This document shows positions 17,685 through 26,038 of a stretch of DNA of 34,292 bases, piece after piece. Origin of the DNA: an uncultured bacterium (GTDB lineage: Bacteria > Acidobacteriota > Aminicenantia > Aminicenantales > Aminicenantaceae); assembly GCA_965603705.1 (NCBI GenBank), contig CBFDDY010000003.1, positions 1 to 34,292 of the forward strand, given 5' to 3'. Each line of letters opens with the position of its first letter. Positions within the stretch are counted from its first letter, which is position 1. The notes below the pieces were generated by a model. It did no database searches and was not told the origin of the DNA. It saw nothing but the letters and a program-made list of their open reading frames with translations. The translations under genes and the position numbers were made by a program.

Positions 17685-18327
17685 CCGATCACAAATTCCC
17701 ATCGATGAATGGGCTTGGATGCGATGATATAAATCGTTTTCTGCTCCATTTCCTGCACCATGAGGCGAATGCTGATAAAAATCGCGATCAGAAGTCCAAA
17801 AATAGACATGGCCGAAAGCCCAAAATCCTTCCGGCCTATGGGATCGAGACTCGCATGGGCTCGTCCAGAATGAGTAGATCAGGATCATTGATGATGGCCT
17901 GCGCCAGTCCCAAACGCTGCATCATGCCCCGGGAATACTTACGTATCAGGAGATTCTCACGCTGAGCGAGGCCGACTTTCTCCAACAAATCGGAGATCTT
18001 CTTTTTACGAATCCGGGAATCCAGCCCGAATATCCTGCCCCCAAAATCCAGCAACTCTCTGCCGGAAAGGTACCCTATCCTGCTCATGGGCAACCGTGAA
18101 CTTAATGATTGTCCCAATATCCATATCTTTCCGTGAATCGGAAAAAACAATTGTATCAGCAATTTGATAGCCGTAGTTTTACCGGCGCCATTGGGTCAGA
18201 TGAAGGCAAACACGGTTCCTTTTCTGACTTCAATATTCAAATCATCCAGTCCGGAGATGCCCTTTTTCCAGAAATCCGTGGCATATACTTTCGAGAGTCC
18301 TTCGGTCTTAATCGCCAAATCTGCCAT
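17678..18327 (-). pseudogene. Decayed ABC transporter ATPase fused by deletion to a permease fragment (ABC-2 type; PilH/PilI-like by resemblance)
   Basis: MADLAIKTEGLSKVY...VFAFI*PNGAGKTT with TGA at 18198-18196 in Walker A; YSRGM.QR; LILDEP; frameshift; then LDPIGRKDF joined directly to permease GLSAMSIFGLLIAIF...KTIY.IASKPI.RWEFVIGKY. Confidence 0.9.
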
Positions 18328-18414
18328 ATAAAAATCCCCTCTGACAAAAAATAATAGAGGCACAATTTACAACAACCCACCAAAACAGAAGGTAGAAATA
18401 TTAATTTTTTATTC

Positions 18415-20829
18415 TTAATTTTTAATTTTACTTCGACCCAGCAACGATTTCACCATCTCCACCGCGGCCATACCATCGGCTCCATAACCATCTGCGCCGA
18501 TTTCCCGGGCATATCGTTTGGTTACAACAGCACCGCCAATAATCACTTTAGCAGAGGAACCAGACGAATTCAGGGCCTGAATGATATCTGGCATGGCCGT
18601 CATCGTGGTGGTCATGAGAGCCGAAAGCGCCACCACATGAGCCCCATGTATCTGATCTGCTTCAACAATTTGTTCTACCGCGACATCCTTTCCCAGGTCG
18701 ATGACTTGATAACCCTGATTTTTCAAAAACAGACCGACAATATTCTTGCCAATATCATGGACATCCCCCTTGACAGTGCAAAGAATAATTTTACCGGTAT
18801 TTTTCAACTCCCCCCTCTTGAAGTGGGGCTCAAGCACCTGAAAGGCCCTTTGCATGGTTTCGGCCGCGAGAATCATCTGAGGCAGATATATTTCCTTCTT
18901 GTCATATTTTTTCCCCACTTCCTGAATCGAAGGAATAAGAAGGGTATCATTGATATCTGACGCTGACTTTCCAGACGAAAGGGCTTCTTGAACAAGATCT
19001 CCAATTTCATCACGGTTTCCGCCTAAAATCGCCTGGGATATGGCATGCGTTAATTCTAGCCGAGGCTTCTTGTTCATATCTTGTTGAGGCTTTTTCTTCT
19101 TAACATGGGATTTCACAAAATCTTTGGAGTCCCGGTCCCGAACAGTGAGCACCGAAGCGGCCCGCACATTTTCCATCATCCGCTCATCGGCCGGATTCAT
19201 AATAGCCGCATCCAGTCCTGCTGCCATGGCCATACTCAGAAATGAGCTGTTAATCAGACTTCGATCCGGCAAACCGTATGAGATGTTCGACACACCCAGA
19301 ACGGTGGACAATCCCAATTCAGATTTAACCATCTGAAGGGTCTGGAGGGTGGTCTCTGCACGTTTCTGTTCGGCAGAGACCGTCAGGGTCAATCCGTCAC
19401 AGATCATATCCTGCCGACGAATGCCTGCTTCCTCTGCCCGGGAGATAATTTTTTTCAGGACACCGATCCGTTCTTCGGCGGTCTTTGGGATGCCCTTCTC
19501 CCCCACAGCGAGACAAAGTATACCGGCACCGAACCGGCTGGCTAATGGAAGAATCCCATTCAGGCTCTCTTCACTGCCATGCACGGAATTAATCAATGGC
19601 TTGCCCGCACAGGCTATCAACGCCGATTCTATGGCTTGTGGATTGGTGCTGTCAATGACCAGCGGCAGGGGAACGACATTTTCGATGGCACGAACGACAC
19701 TTCCCATCACAGATGCCTCTTTAATCCCCGGAACACCGATGTTGACATCCAGAAGATGGGCGCCTTCTTTGGCCTGATCCTGAGCTTCTTTCTGGAGCAA
19801 TCCTAATTTCCCGTTTCGGAGGGCCCCGGCCAAATCATCACGGTTGGTTGGATTGAAACGTTCCCCTATGATACAGAATGGCAGATCCGTTCCTATCTCA
19901 ACAGTTTTCACGCGGCTGGACAGTCGCAACAAGGAACGGACCGAGCGCGTGAGAGGGTTTTTCCCCTTGAGCCGTTTTCTGAGTTCAGCTGTATATTCGG
20001 GGGTGCTCCCGCAGCAGGAACCGATAATATTCGCACCGATCTGAACAAATTTTTCACCGTAATCCGCCATTTCCTGAGGAGAAATCTGATAGGTGGTTTT
20101 CTGTTTGTCCAGACGCGGCAGTCCCACATTGGGTTCGACAAGGATGGGATATTCTGTTGCCACCGCATAGCGTCCAACCACTTCCAGCATGGGAGCCGGA
20201 CCTGTAGAGCAGTTCACACCTACCACATCGGCTCCCAGAGAGACCACACAATTTGCCGCTGTGGCCGGATCGGTTCCTGTGAAAGTCTTGAAGTCCTCAT
20301 GATACGTCATAGAGGCCATAATGGGATAGTCGCATGTCTCTTTAATGGCGATGATAGCAGCTTTGATCTCTTTGAGATCTGAAAAGGTCTCCAGGAGAAA
20401 AAGATCCACACCACCCTCGGCAAGAGCTGTGACCTCTTCCTTGTATGTATCCAGCATTTCATCAAAATCGACATCTCCCAGTGGTTCGACCAATTTTCCC
20501 GTCGGTCCGATCGTTCCCGATACCAACACACTGCTTTTCGCAGCCTTCCTGGCCAACTGAGCCGCTGCATAATTAATCTCACGAGTCTTGTCTTCCAACC
20601 CAAATTCCCGTAATTTGATGCGGCTGGCCCCAAATGTATTGGTCGAGAGAATATCCGTGCCCGCATTCACATAGGCGGAATAGATGCTGCCCACCAGGTC
20701 CGAATTTTCGATACAGGCATAATCGGGACAACCACCCGGAGGAAGATGGGGCTGAAGCATCGTTCCCATGACACCATCAAGAATAAGAATTTCTTCCTTA
20801 AGCCGTTTTTGTAAGTCTTTTCCTGTCAT
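18415..20829 (-). CDS. metH: Cobalamin-dependent methionine synthase lacking the C-terminal AdoMet reactivation domain
   Basis: LDG.MGT, TNTFGA, GVNCS, GSCCG Zn ligands; pterin domain IIGER.NPT, LDVN.G, IDST, INS, GVSNISYGLP; B12 cap and DVHDIGKN..SALMTTT..IGGA. Ends at 804 aa. Confidence 0.95.
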   Translation of the reverse strand: MTGKDLQKRLKEEILILDGVMGTMLQPHLPPGGCPDYACIENSDLVGSIYSAYVNAGTDILSTNTFGASRIKLREFGLEDKTREINYAAAQLARKAAKSSVLVSGTIGPTGKLVEPLGDVDFDEMLDTYKEEVTALAEGGVDLFLLETFSDLKEIKAAIIAIKETCDYPIMASMTYHEDFKTFTGTDPATAANCVVSLGADVVGVNCSTGPAPMLEVVGRYAVATEYPILVEPNVGLPRLDKQKTTYQISPQEMADYGEKFVQIGANIIGSCCGSTPEYTAELRKRLKGKNPLTRSVRSLLRLSSRVKTVEIGTDLPFCIIGERFNPTNRDDLAGALRNGKLGLLQKEAQDQAKEGAHLLDVNIGVPGIKEASVMGSVVRAIENVVPLPLVIDSTNPQAIESALIACAGKPLINSVHGSEESLNGILPLASRFGAGILCLAVGEKGIPKTAEERIGVLKKIISRAEEAGIRRQDMICDGLTLTVSAEQKRAETTLQTLQMVKSELGLSTVLGVSNISYGLPDRSLINSSFLSMAMAAGLDAAIMNPADERMMENVRAASVLTVRDRDSKDFVKSHVKKKKPQQDMNKKPRLELTHAISQAILGGNRDEIGDLVQEALSSGKSASDINDTLLIPSIQEVGKKYDKKEIYLPQMILAAETMQRAFQVLEPHFKRGELKNTGKIILCTVKGDVHDIGKNIVGLFLKNQGYQVIDLGKDVAVEQIVEADQIHGAHVVALSALMTTTMTAMPDIIQALNSSGSSAKVIIGGAVVTKRYAREIGADGYGADGMAAVEMVKSLLGRSKIKN

Positions 20830-20839
20830 TTCACATTTC

Positions 20840-21733
20840 CTAACGATGTTTCAAGCCGGCAGCTTCGATAATGTGCGGCGTGATCCGCTCCCACATGAGC
20901 GGCATAAGATGAATACCTCGAACACCATCGATCTCTCGAATGGCATGAATGATTTCCACTGCGATTGCCACACCTTCTTTCTCGGGATCGGAAGTCCTGT
21001 CCATTCGTTCTATATAAGCCGGCTGAATTTTTACACCAGGCACTTCCTTCTGCATATAGTGCAAGGCTTTGGCTGATTTAACAGGCATCACACCCGCAAG
21101 AATGGCCGTCTTTTTATGAAGATCCTGTTTTCGAACTTCTTTCATCCAATCATGAAATCGATCCAGATCAAATACGGGCTGTGTCTGGATGAAGTGAGCG
21201 CCTGCTTTAATTTTCTTCGCCAGGCGGGCAACCCGAAACGCGTAGGGTTCTGCAAAAGGATTGGCACCCGCGCCGATACAAAAGTCAGGGGATGTTTTCA
21301 TTGAATCGCCGGAAAGAAAGGAACCGCTGTTTAATTGTGTGACAGTGGCAATAAGCTGAATCGAGTCCAGATCAAAAACCGGTTTGGATTCGGGATGGTT
21401 TCCGAATCGCTGATGGTCACCAGTGAGACATAGGACATTGGTGATCCCCAGTGCCGCAGCCCCCAGCAAATCGCTTTGAATGGCAATCCGGTTCCGGTCC
21501 CTGCAGGTCATCTGAATGAGCGGTTCAAGTCCCTCCTCAAGAAGAATCTTGCCAGCCGCAATACTGGAGAGCCGCACAATTGCAGTCTGACTATCGGTGA
21601 TATTCACGGCATCAATACCGTTGCGAAAATGGACGGCTTTTTTTCGTATCACATTGCTGTTGCAGCTCTGCGGCGGTCCCAATTCAGCTGTGATTAAAAA
21701 TTGATCGGTTTTTATTTTATCATGAAACATCAT
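20840..21733 (-). CDS. metF: Methylenetetrahydrofolate reductase
   Basis: ITAELGPP, AVNITD, QMTCRDRNR.A.QSDLLGA, NVLCLTGD, KKI.AGA.FIQTQ, GIHLM. Start most likely ATG 21733 or 21730, overlapping the upstream gene. Confidence 0.93.
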   Translation of the reverse strand: MMFHDKIKTDQFLITAELGPPQSCNSNVIRKKAVHFRNGIDAVNITDSQTAIVRLSSIAAGKILLEEGLEPLIQMTCRDRNRIAIQSDLLGAAALGITNVLCLTGDHQRFGNHPESKPVFDLDSIQLIATVTQLNSGSFLSGDSMKTSPDFCIGAGANPFAEPYAFRVARLAKKIKAGAHFIQTQPVFDLDRFHDWMKEVRKQDLHKKTAILAGVMPVKSAKALHYMQKEVPGVKIQPAYIERMDRTSDPEKEGVAIAVEIIHAIREIDGVRGIHLMPLMWERITPHIIEAAGLKHR

Positions 21734-22160
21734 GATTCTTCCTTTTCCGAAGGAAAAAAACAGGCGGATCGATTCGTTTCCTGATGACATTCAGCCACGC
21801 CGAAGTTTTTTCCAGTTCCCAGTTATGGATTCTTTCTATTCGGGTCAGCAGAGCCAATCGACCCAGCCATCTGGACCGATGATAAATCATAAACCAGATA
21901 CATTTTCTTTCAGGATAAACCTCACAGGTCCCTCCTTCTCCCGTTCCCCCGCATGGACCGTTCCGAAGCCTCTTGGGGCATCGTTGAGAACAAATAAAGG
22001 CAGTATGGCTTAAAATGCATTCACCGCATTTCTGACATCGAAAAAGAGGCACTTTAATAACATCCTCAAAAAGAAGGATAATACGGGACCATACTCTCTC
22101 TTTGGGATCAATTTTTAATTTCGACCTGGTGACAAAATCAGGTTTTATTTCATTGGGCAT
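21720..22160 (-). CDS. metV: MTHFR C-terminal-domain (Cys-rich) protein, MetV-like small subunit
   Basis: CQKCGEC......IC...CPK..RNGPCGG....CEV.....CIW motif directly upstream of metF. Confidence 0.85.
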   Translation of the reverse strand: MPNEIKPDFVTRSKLKIDPKERVWSRIILLFEDVIKVPLFRCQKCGECILSHTAFICSQRCPKRLRNGPCGGTGEGGTCEVYPERKCIWFMIYHRSRWLGRLALLTRIERIHNWELEKTSAWLNVIRKRIDPPVFFLRKRKNHDVS

Positions 22161-22189
22161 CACTATTCCAAATCAATTTTATTTGTGAA

Positions 22190-22218
22190 AATATAAAACA
22201 GACGTGCATCAATTGCAA
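22190..22218 (-). promoter_or_regulatory. Putative sigma70 promoter of the metV-metF-metH operon (TTGCAA-17 bp-TATATT)
   Basis: Minus-strand boxes at 22218-22213 and 22195-22190, about 30 bp before the start codon. Confidence 0.5.
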
Positions 22219-22415
22219 GTACAATCTGATTTTATCACATCCTCATTCTCTTGCTGTGTATCTTAATACATCCTTTCCGGAACTATCAGATCGACATCTC
22301 TGTATAGACAATCCAGCCTATTCACATTGCTTTGAAGACAGCCCAATGACATCAGAATAAATGTTTTCATGGTTGGATTTGTAAGAAAATAGATGTTATC
22401 ATTTTAAAAATGGTT

Positions 22416-22687
22416 TTAGGCACATGTATTTTTCAATACCACTACAGTGATATCATCTGCCTGAGGGGCTTCACCGCTGAATATCTCTACATCGGTTCGA
22501 ATTTTCTCCATCAACTCCTGCGCTGAGAGATCTGGCGTACTCCGCAGGATATTTTTCAACTTTTCCTCGCCAAATTCTTCTTCCTGCATATTCATGGCTT
22601 CTGTAATACCATCGGTGTACATCACAATTCTATCTCCGGGATGAAGGACCACCGAGGCCGTCTCGAAAGACATATCCGCCATCATCC
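22416..22687 (-). pseudogene. C-terminal fragment of a SpoIIE/PP2C-type (RsbU-like) phosphatase
   Basis: L.PGD.IVMYTDGITEA.N...EEFG...DDIT.VV motifs; the N-terminal part is cut off exactly at the repeat junction. Confidence 0.9.
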
Positions 22688-23037
22688 AATTTTCAGGCGG
22701 AATTGATTCTCTTTATGTTGCTTATTTGCTTGCTCAAAAATATGATAAAATTCATCTTCTGACTTTCTATAAAGGTTATCTTCACTTTGGACTGAATTTC
22801 AGTGAGCCAAATATGATGTTTCAGAAGAGAAAGTGTTAGATCTAGTCGAACCCAAACTGAGAAGTATCGGAAAGGAATTTATAAAAGACTGCTTGTCCCA
22901 AAAAACAAAATGAAACCACCTCAAGCTGACCTTTAAAGCAGAACGCCCTCCACCACCTCAAGATCAGCGAACCTGGATTAATCACGAGTCTAGGTTGCCG
23001 CAGATACGAGGCGCAGGGGATGAAGCTGTGGTATTTC
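22682..23037 (+). repeat. Right copy of the duplicated segment with a 535-bp internal deletion (PP-loop gene remnant)
   Basis: A 133-bp block joined to a 223-bp block; the equivalent of 16927-17461 is missing. Confidence 0.97.
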
Positions 23038-23082
23038 ACCGCGAGTACCCTGTAACGAAGCAGATGTGGTGAGATCGACTCG
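22985..23082. repeat. REP-like long imperfect hairpin / structured intergenic element
   Basis: Nested arms: CGAGTC/GACTCG, TTGCCGCA/TGTGGTGA (with G-U pairs), GCAGGG/CCCTGT, GTGGT/ACCGC. The left copy (17632-17684) holds only the 5' half. Confidence 0.6.
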
Positions 23083-23385
23083 CCTGTAAGGTAAAAAGTG
23101 CCGATGATAAAATAGGAAATTGTTTTTTTGAATATGACATCGGCAATTTTTATGAATGATTCAGGTCAGTATGGCAACTGAGGATAGAGTGGAATATCTA
23201 TGAGAATCGAGAGTTCTTGATCAACAGTTAAGGGTGAAGTCTATTCGTATCTGCTTTTTACAGGCCAATTATAGTAAATTCACTATCTCTTAGAGAATTG
23301 TTGTTGAAGTATATGTTTTTTCTAGGTATTATTGCTGATGTGGTTGCTTAGGGGGGGAATTGGATGAAATAGAGAGAAAATTGTT

Positions 23386-24219
23386 GTGAACAAAAAAAAA
23401 GAAATTCCTATAGTTCCATGGCAGGTAAAACTTTTCGAAAAAAGCCTGATGAAAAAAGAGAAAGTCAGGCTTATATTAAAAACAACGGATTTTCCCCATA
23501 AAAAGGTATTCGACCTCGGCTGCTCAAATGGAACTGTCTCATATTTTTTAAAAAAAACCGGTGGTAAGTGGATTCATGCAGATCTTGATTTTGAAAATCT
23601 GATTACATCAAAAAAAATTTTATTGAATAACCTTTTTTTATTTCCTGAAGATACCATTCCTTTGAAAGGCGATCAGTTTGATCTGGTACTTGCCCTGGAT
23701 ATCCTTGAGCATATTGAAGATGAATCAATAATTTTGAAAGAAATTAAGAGGATTTTAAGAAATAATGGAAAAGTAATAATTTCGACTCCTATAAGCGGGA
23801 AATATTTTATTTTAAACAGCATAAAATCAATGTTCGGTTTGACTCCTGAAATATATGGGCACAAAAGAGAAGGTTACAGCTTGGCAAAACTAAATGAAAT
23901 GCTAAAAATGAATGGATTTCAGGTGCTTCGATCTTCTACATATGCAAAGTTTTTTGTTGAATTATTTGAAATTATTTTAAATATCCTTTTTGTAAAAATT
24001 AACAAAAAAAAGAAAAGTAAATTAAGAAGTGGTGAAATATCACCTTCATCTGAAGCAGACATAAATAAAAATTTGTTGCTTTTTAAAATTTATTCTACCT
24101 TTATTTATCCAATTGTTTGTCTTATAACAAAAATCGACAAACTTTTATTTTTTAAAACCGGGTATGCGACATTTATTGTAGCCACAAAAAGTACAAATCA
24201 ATCCTCTACCGAGGAGTAA
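23386..24219 (+). CDS. Class I SAM-dependent methyltransferase (type 11-like)
   Basis: VFDLGCSNG, ADLD, IPL....FDLVLALDILEHI, EIKRILR.NG.VIISTP, GH.R.GY; very AT-rich. Confidence 0.9.
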   Translation: MNKKKEIPIVPWQVKLFEKSLMKKEKVRLILKTTDFPHKKVFDLGCSNGTVSYFLKKTGGKWIHADLDFENLITSKKILLNNLFLFPEDTIPLKGDQFDLVLALDILEHIEDESIILKEIKRILRNNGKVIISTPISGKYFILNSIKSMFGLTPEIYGHKREGYSLAKLNEMLKMNGFQVLRSSTYAKFFVELFEIILNILFVKINKKKKSKLRSGEISPSSEADINKNLLLFKIYSTFIYPIVCLITKIDKLLFFKTGYATFIVATKSTNQSSTEE

Positions 24220-24247
24220 GGTGAAATTCCGGATGCTTTTCCGCAAT

Positions 24248-26038
24248 TCAGATAACTTTTACCAGGCGCAGTTCGCAATAGGTAACCGGATAGATTAATC
24301 CGAAATTATTGAGTACCTGGGGGTGAATCTCGCCGGCCCGGGCCCACAGCCCGGCATCACCTGTTAATTCAGCACAGCGGCCTTGGCAAAATGCGGGATG
24401 TGATACAGGTTTATAATCACCTTTATAGTTAAGCTCGCTCATTACTGCATCAAGCACCATGCGTCCTTCTGCATAGCCTGTTTCCGGCCCGATAATGGCG
24501 AAGGCCAGATGGCGGTACTCATTTGTTCCGGTTTCCATTTTGGGATTTATTAAGATGATATTCCCGACTTCGAATATGTGCTGAGGAACAGTTTTTCTGC
24601 GGTTTTTATAAAAAGTCTCCATGATCCCCGTCATAAGATGGCAGCGTGCTACTTTTTGTTCAATTGTCTTGGGATTTTTTATGATCACATGTTCTTTTCC
24701 CGGCTCCATCTGATATTTTATAAAGTGTCTCTCCACAGATTGCAGATGCAGGCTCATGATCTCTGCAAAACCCAGGCCGGTCATTGCCTCCCGCACCATC
24801 TGACTGATCTCTTCTTCTTTCCTGGCCTCGCCAATTGTAAGAGAGGGAACTAATTTTGTTTGGATATTTTTAAAACCATATCCGATAGCCAGGTCTTCAT
24901 ATAAATCAACCTCATGCCGGATGTCAGAACGGAATGCCGGATAGCTTACTTCATATACATCTTTTTTTGGTTCAACATTCAACCTCATTTTGTGAAAATA
25001 ACCCATAAATTCTTCCCTGGAAAAATCAAGCCCCAGCCAGTTTTGAGCTGCCTCAAGTTTAATATTGATTTTTTTTGGGGATAGATCCGGGGTCTCCTTT
25101 GAACCTTCCGGATAATTCATCTTTACAGTCTCTACTTCTCCTCCCAGTTCAATAAGGGCGCTGACAAGTGTATTGAGGGAATTAATGACCGCATCCTGAG
25201 TGATTCCGGTGACATCGACAAAAAGCCGGGAGGAGTTGATCTTACATTTGGTTTCATCACTGTTGATAATGGGCGGCATAGCCAGCACTAGATTATTTGC
25301 GTCCATGAGGATCGGATAACGTTTGTAGTTATCCATTAGATGGGCATAGGCTATGCCTTTAGGGTGTTCTTCCAGAATTTTTTGAGGGGTCATCTGTACT
25401 CCCGGCATTCCTAAAGGACAGAATTTAAATTTAATGGGATCTACAGTAGTATATTTTATCGGCGGAGTGAGAGTCCCCATGTCATACACTCCGATCGAGG
25501 ATAATTTCCGGTCGCGCCCGATCCCCCAATGGAGGTTTTCTTGAAGGCGCATAATCTCACGTAGGCTAGTCTGATCAAGGGGCGGCATCGTGATTACAGC
25601 GCAGGCAATATAGGGCCGAAAGGTTTCTTTTTGTAAAAGGACCGGATCGACATTTACTTCGACTTTTCCTTCTTTGACAGTAAATTCGGCTAAGCCTTGT
25701 TCTAGTTCGAGATATCCTTTAAGGGCCCGGGATAGTCCTCCTGTATCAAATAGGTCGGGCCGGTCAGCAAGCAGGTCGATTCTTATTACTTTGTCAGTGG
25801 CATATTTTTCAAAAGGTTCTTCACTTTCAAACCCGCAAATATCGCATCGTTTAGGGGGTTCCTCATGTTCCAGTCTGTCGTTGGGTGTTTGGCAGGCAGG
25901 GCATTGAAATAATCCCAACTCTGCTGTATCTTCCACATCGCAGCCGAGCTGTTCCAGGGCATCCACCAGGATGTTCATTTTATACTTCTTATTTAACAGT
26001 TCATTTAACCGTTTTACACTTACTGCGACTACCGGCAT
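24248..26038 (-). CDS. pheT: Phenylalanine-tRNA ligase beta subunit, archaeal/eukaryote-like architecture
   Basis: MPVV start, DRPDL...GL.RAL, RPYIACAV, LQE.LH...GR.RK...IGVYD, MPPIINS..T, P.FR.DI.HE.D..ED.AIGYG, GEIHP.VL.NF; 596 aa with no OB-fold tRNA-binding or FDX-ACB domain. Confidence 0.95.
   Translation of the reverse strand: MPVVAVSVKRLNELLNKKYKMNILVDALEQLGCDVEDTAELGLFQCPACQTPNDRLEHEEPPKRCDICGFESEEPFEKYATDKVIRIDLLADRPDLFDTGGLSRALKGYLELEQGLAEFTVKEGKVEVNVDPVLLQKETFRPYIACAVITMPPLDQTSLREIMRLQENLHWGIGRDRKLSSIGVYDMGTLTPPIKYTTVDPIKFKFCPLGMPGVQMTPQKILEEHPKGIAYAHLMDNYKRYPILMDANNLVLAMPPIINSDETKCKINSSRLFVDVTGITQDAVINSLNTLVSALIELGGEVETVKMNYPEGSKETPDLSPKKINIKLEAAQNWLGLDFSREEFMGYFHKMRLNVEPKKDVYEVSYPAFRSDIRHEVDLYEDLAIGYGFKNIQTKLVPSLTIGEARKEEEISQMVREAMTGLGFAEIMSLHLQSVERHFIKYQMEPGKEHVIIKNPKTIEQKVARCHLMTGIMETFYKNRRKTVPQHIFEVGNIILINPKMETGTNEYRHLAFAIIGPETGYAEGRMVLDAVMSELNYKGDYKPVSHPAFCQGRCAELTGDAGLWARAGEIHPQVLNNFGLIYPVTYCELRLVKVI

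Noticed and set aside
18196-18198. In-frame TGA at a conserved Gly, suggesting UGA=Gly recoding or selenocysteine
   Set aside because: TGA is a true stop in iorB, the hydantoinase and the PP-loop gene, and this ORF has other deletions and a frameshift. It is a nonsense mutation.
22200-22415. Possible SAM or cobalamin riboswitch upstream of the met operon
   Set aside because: No SAM-I or B12-box consensus is recognisable, and the candidate promoter is only about 30 bp from the start codon.
17685-22681. Composite transposon or prophage
   Set aside because: No transposase, integrase, terminal inverted repeats or phage genes; the flanking repeats are ordinary gene sequence.
22842-23039. 65-aa ORF sharing its C-terminus with the 17489-17809 ORF
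   Set aside because: An artefact of the DNA duplication, read antisense to the PP-loop gene end and hairpin.
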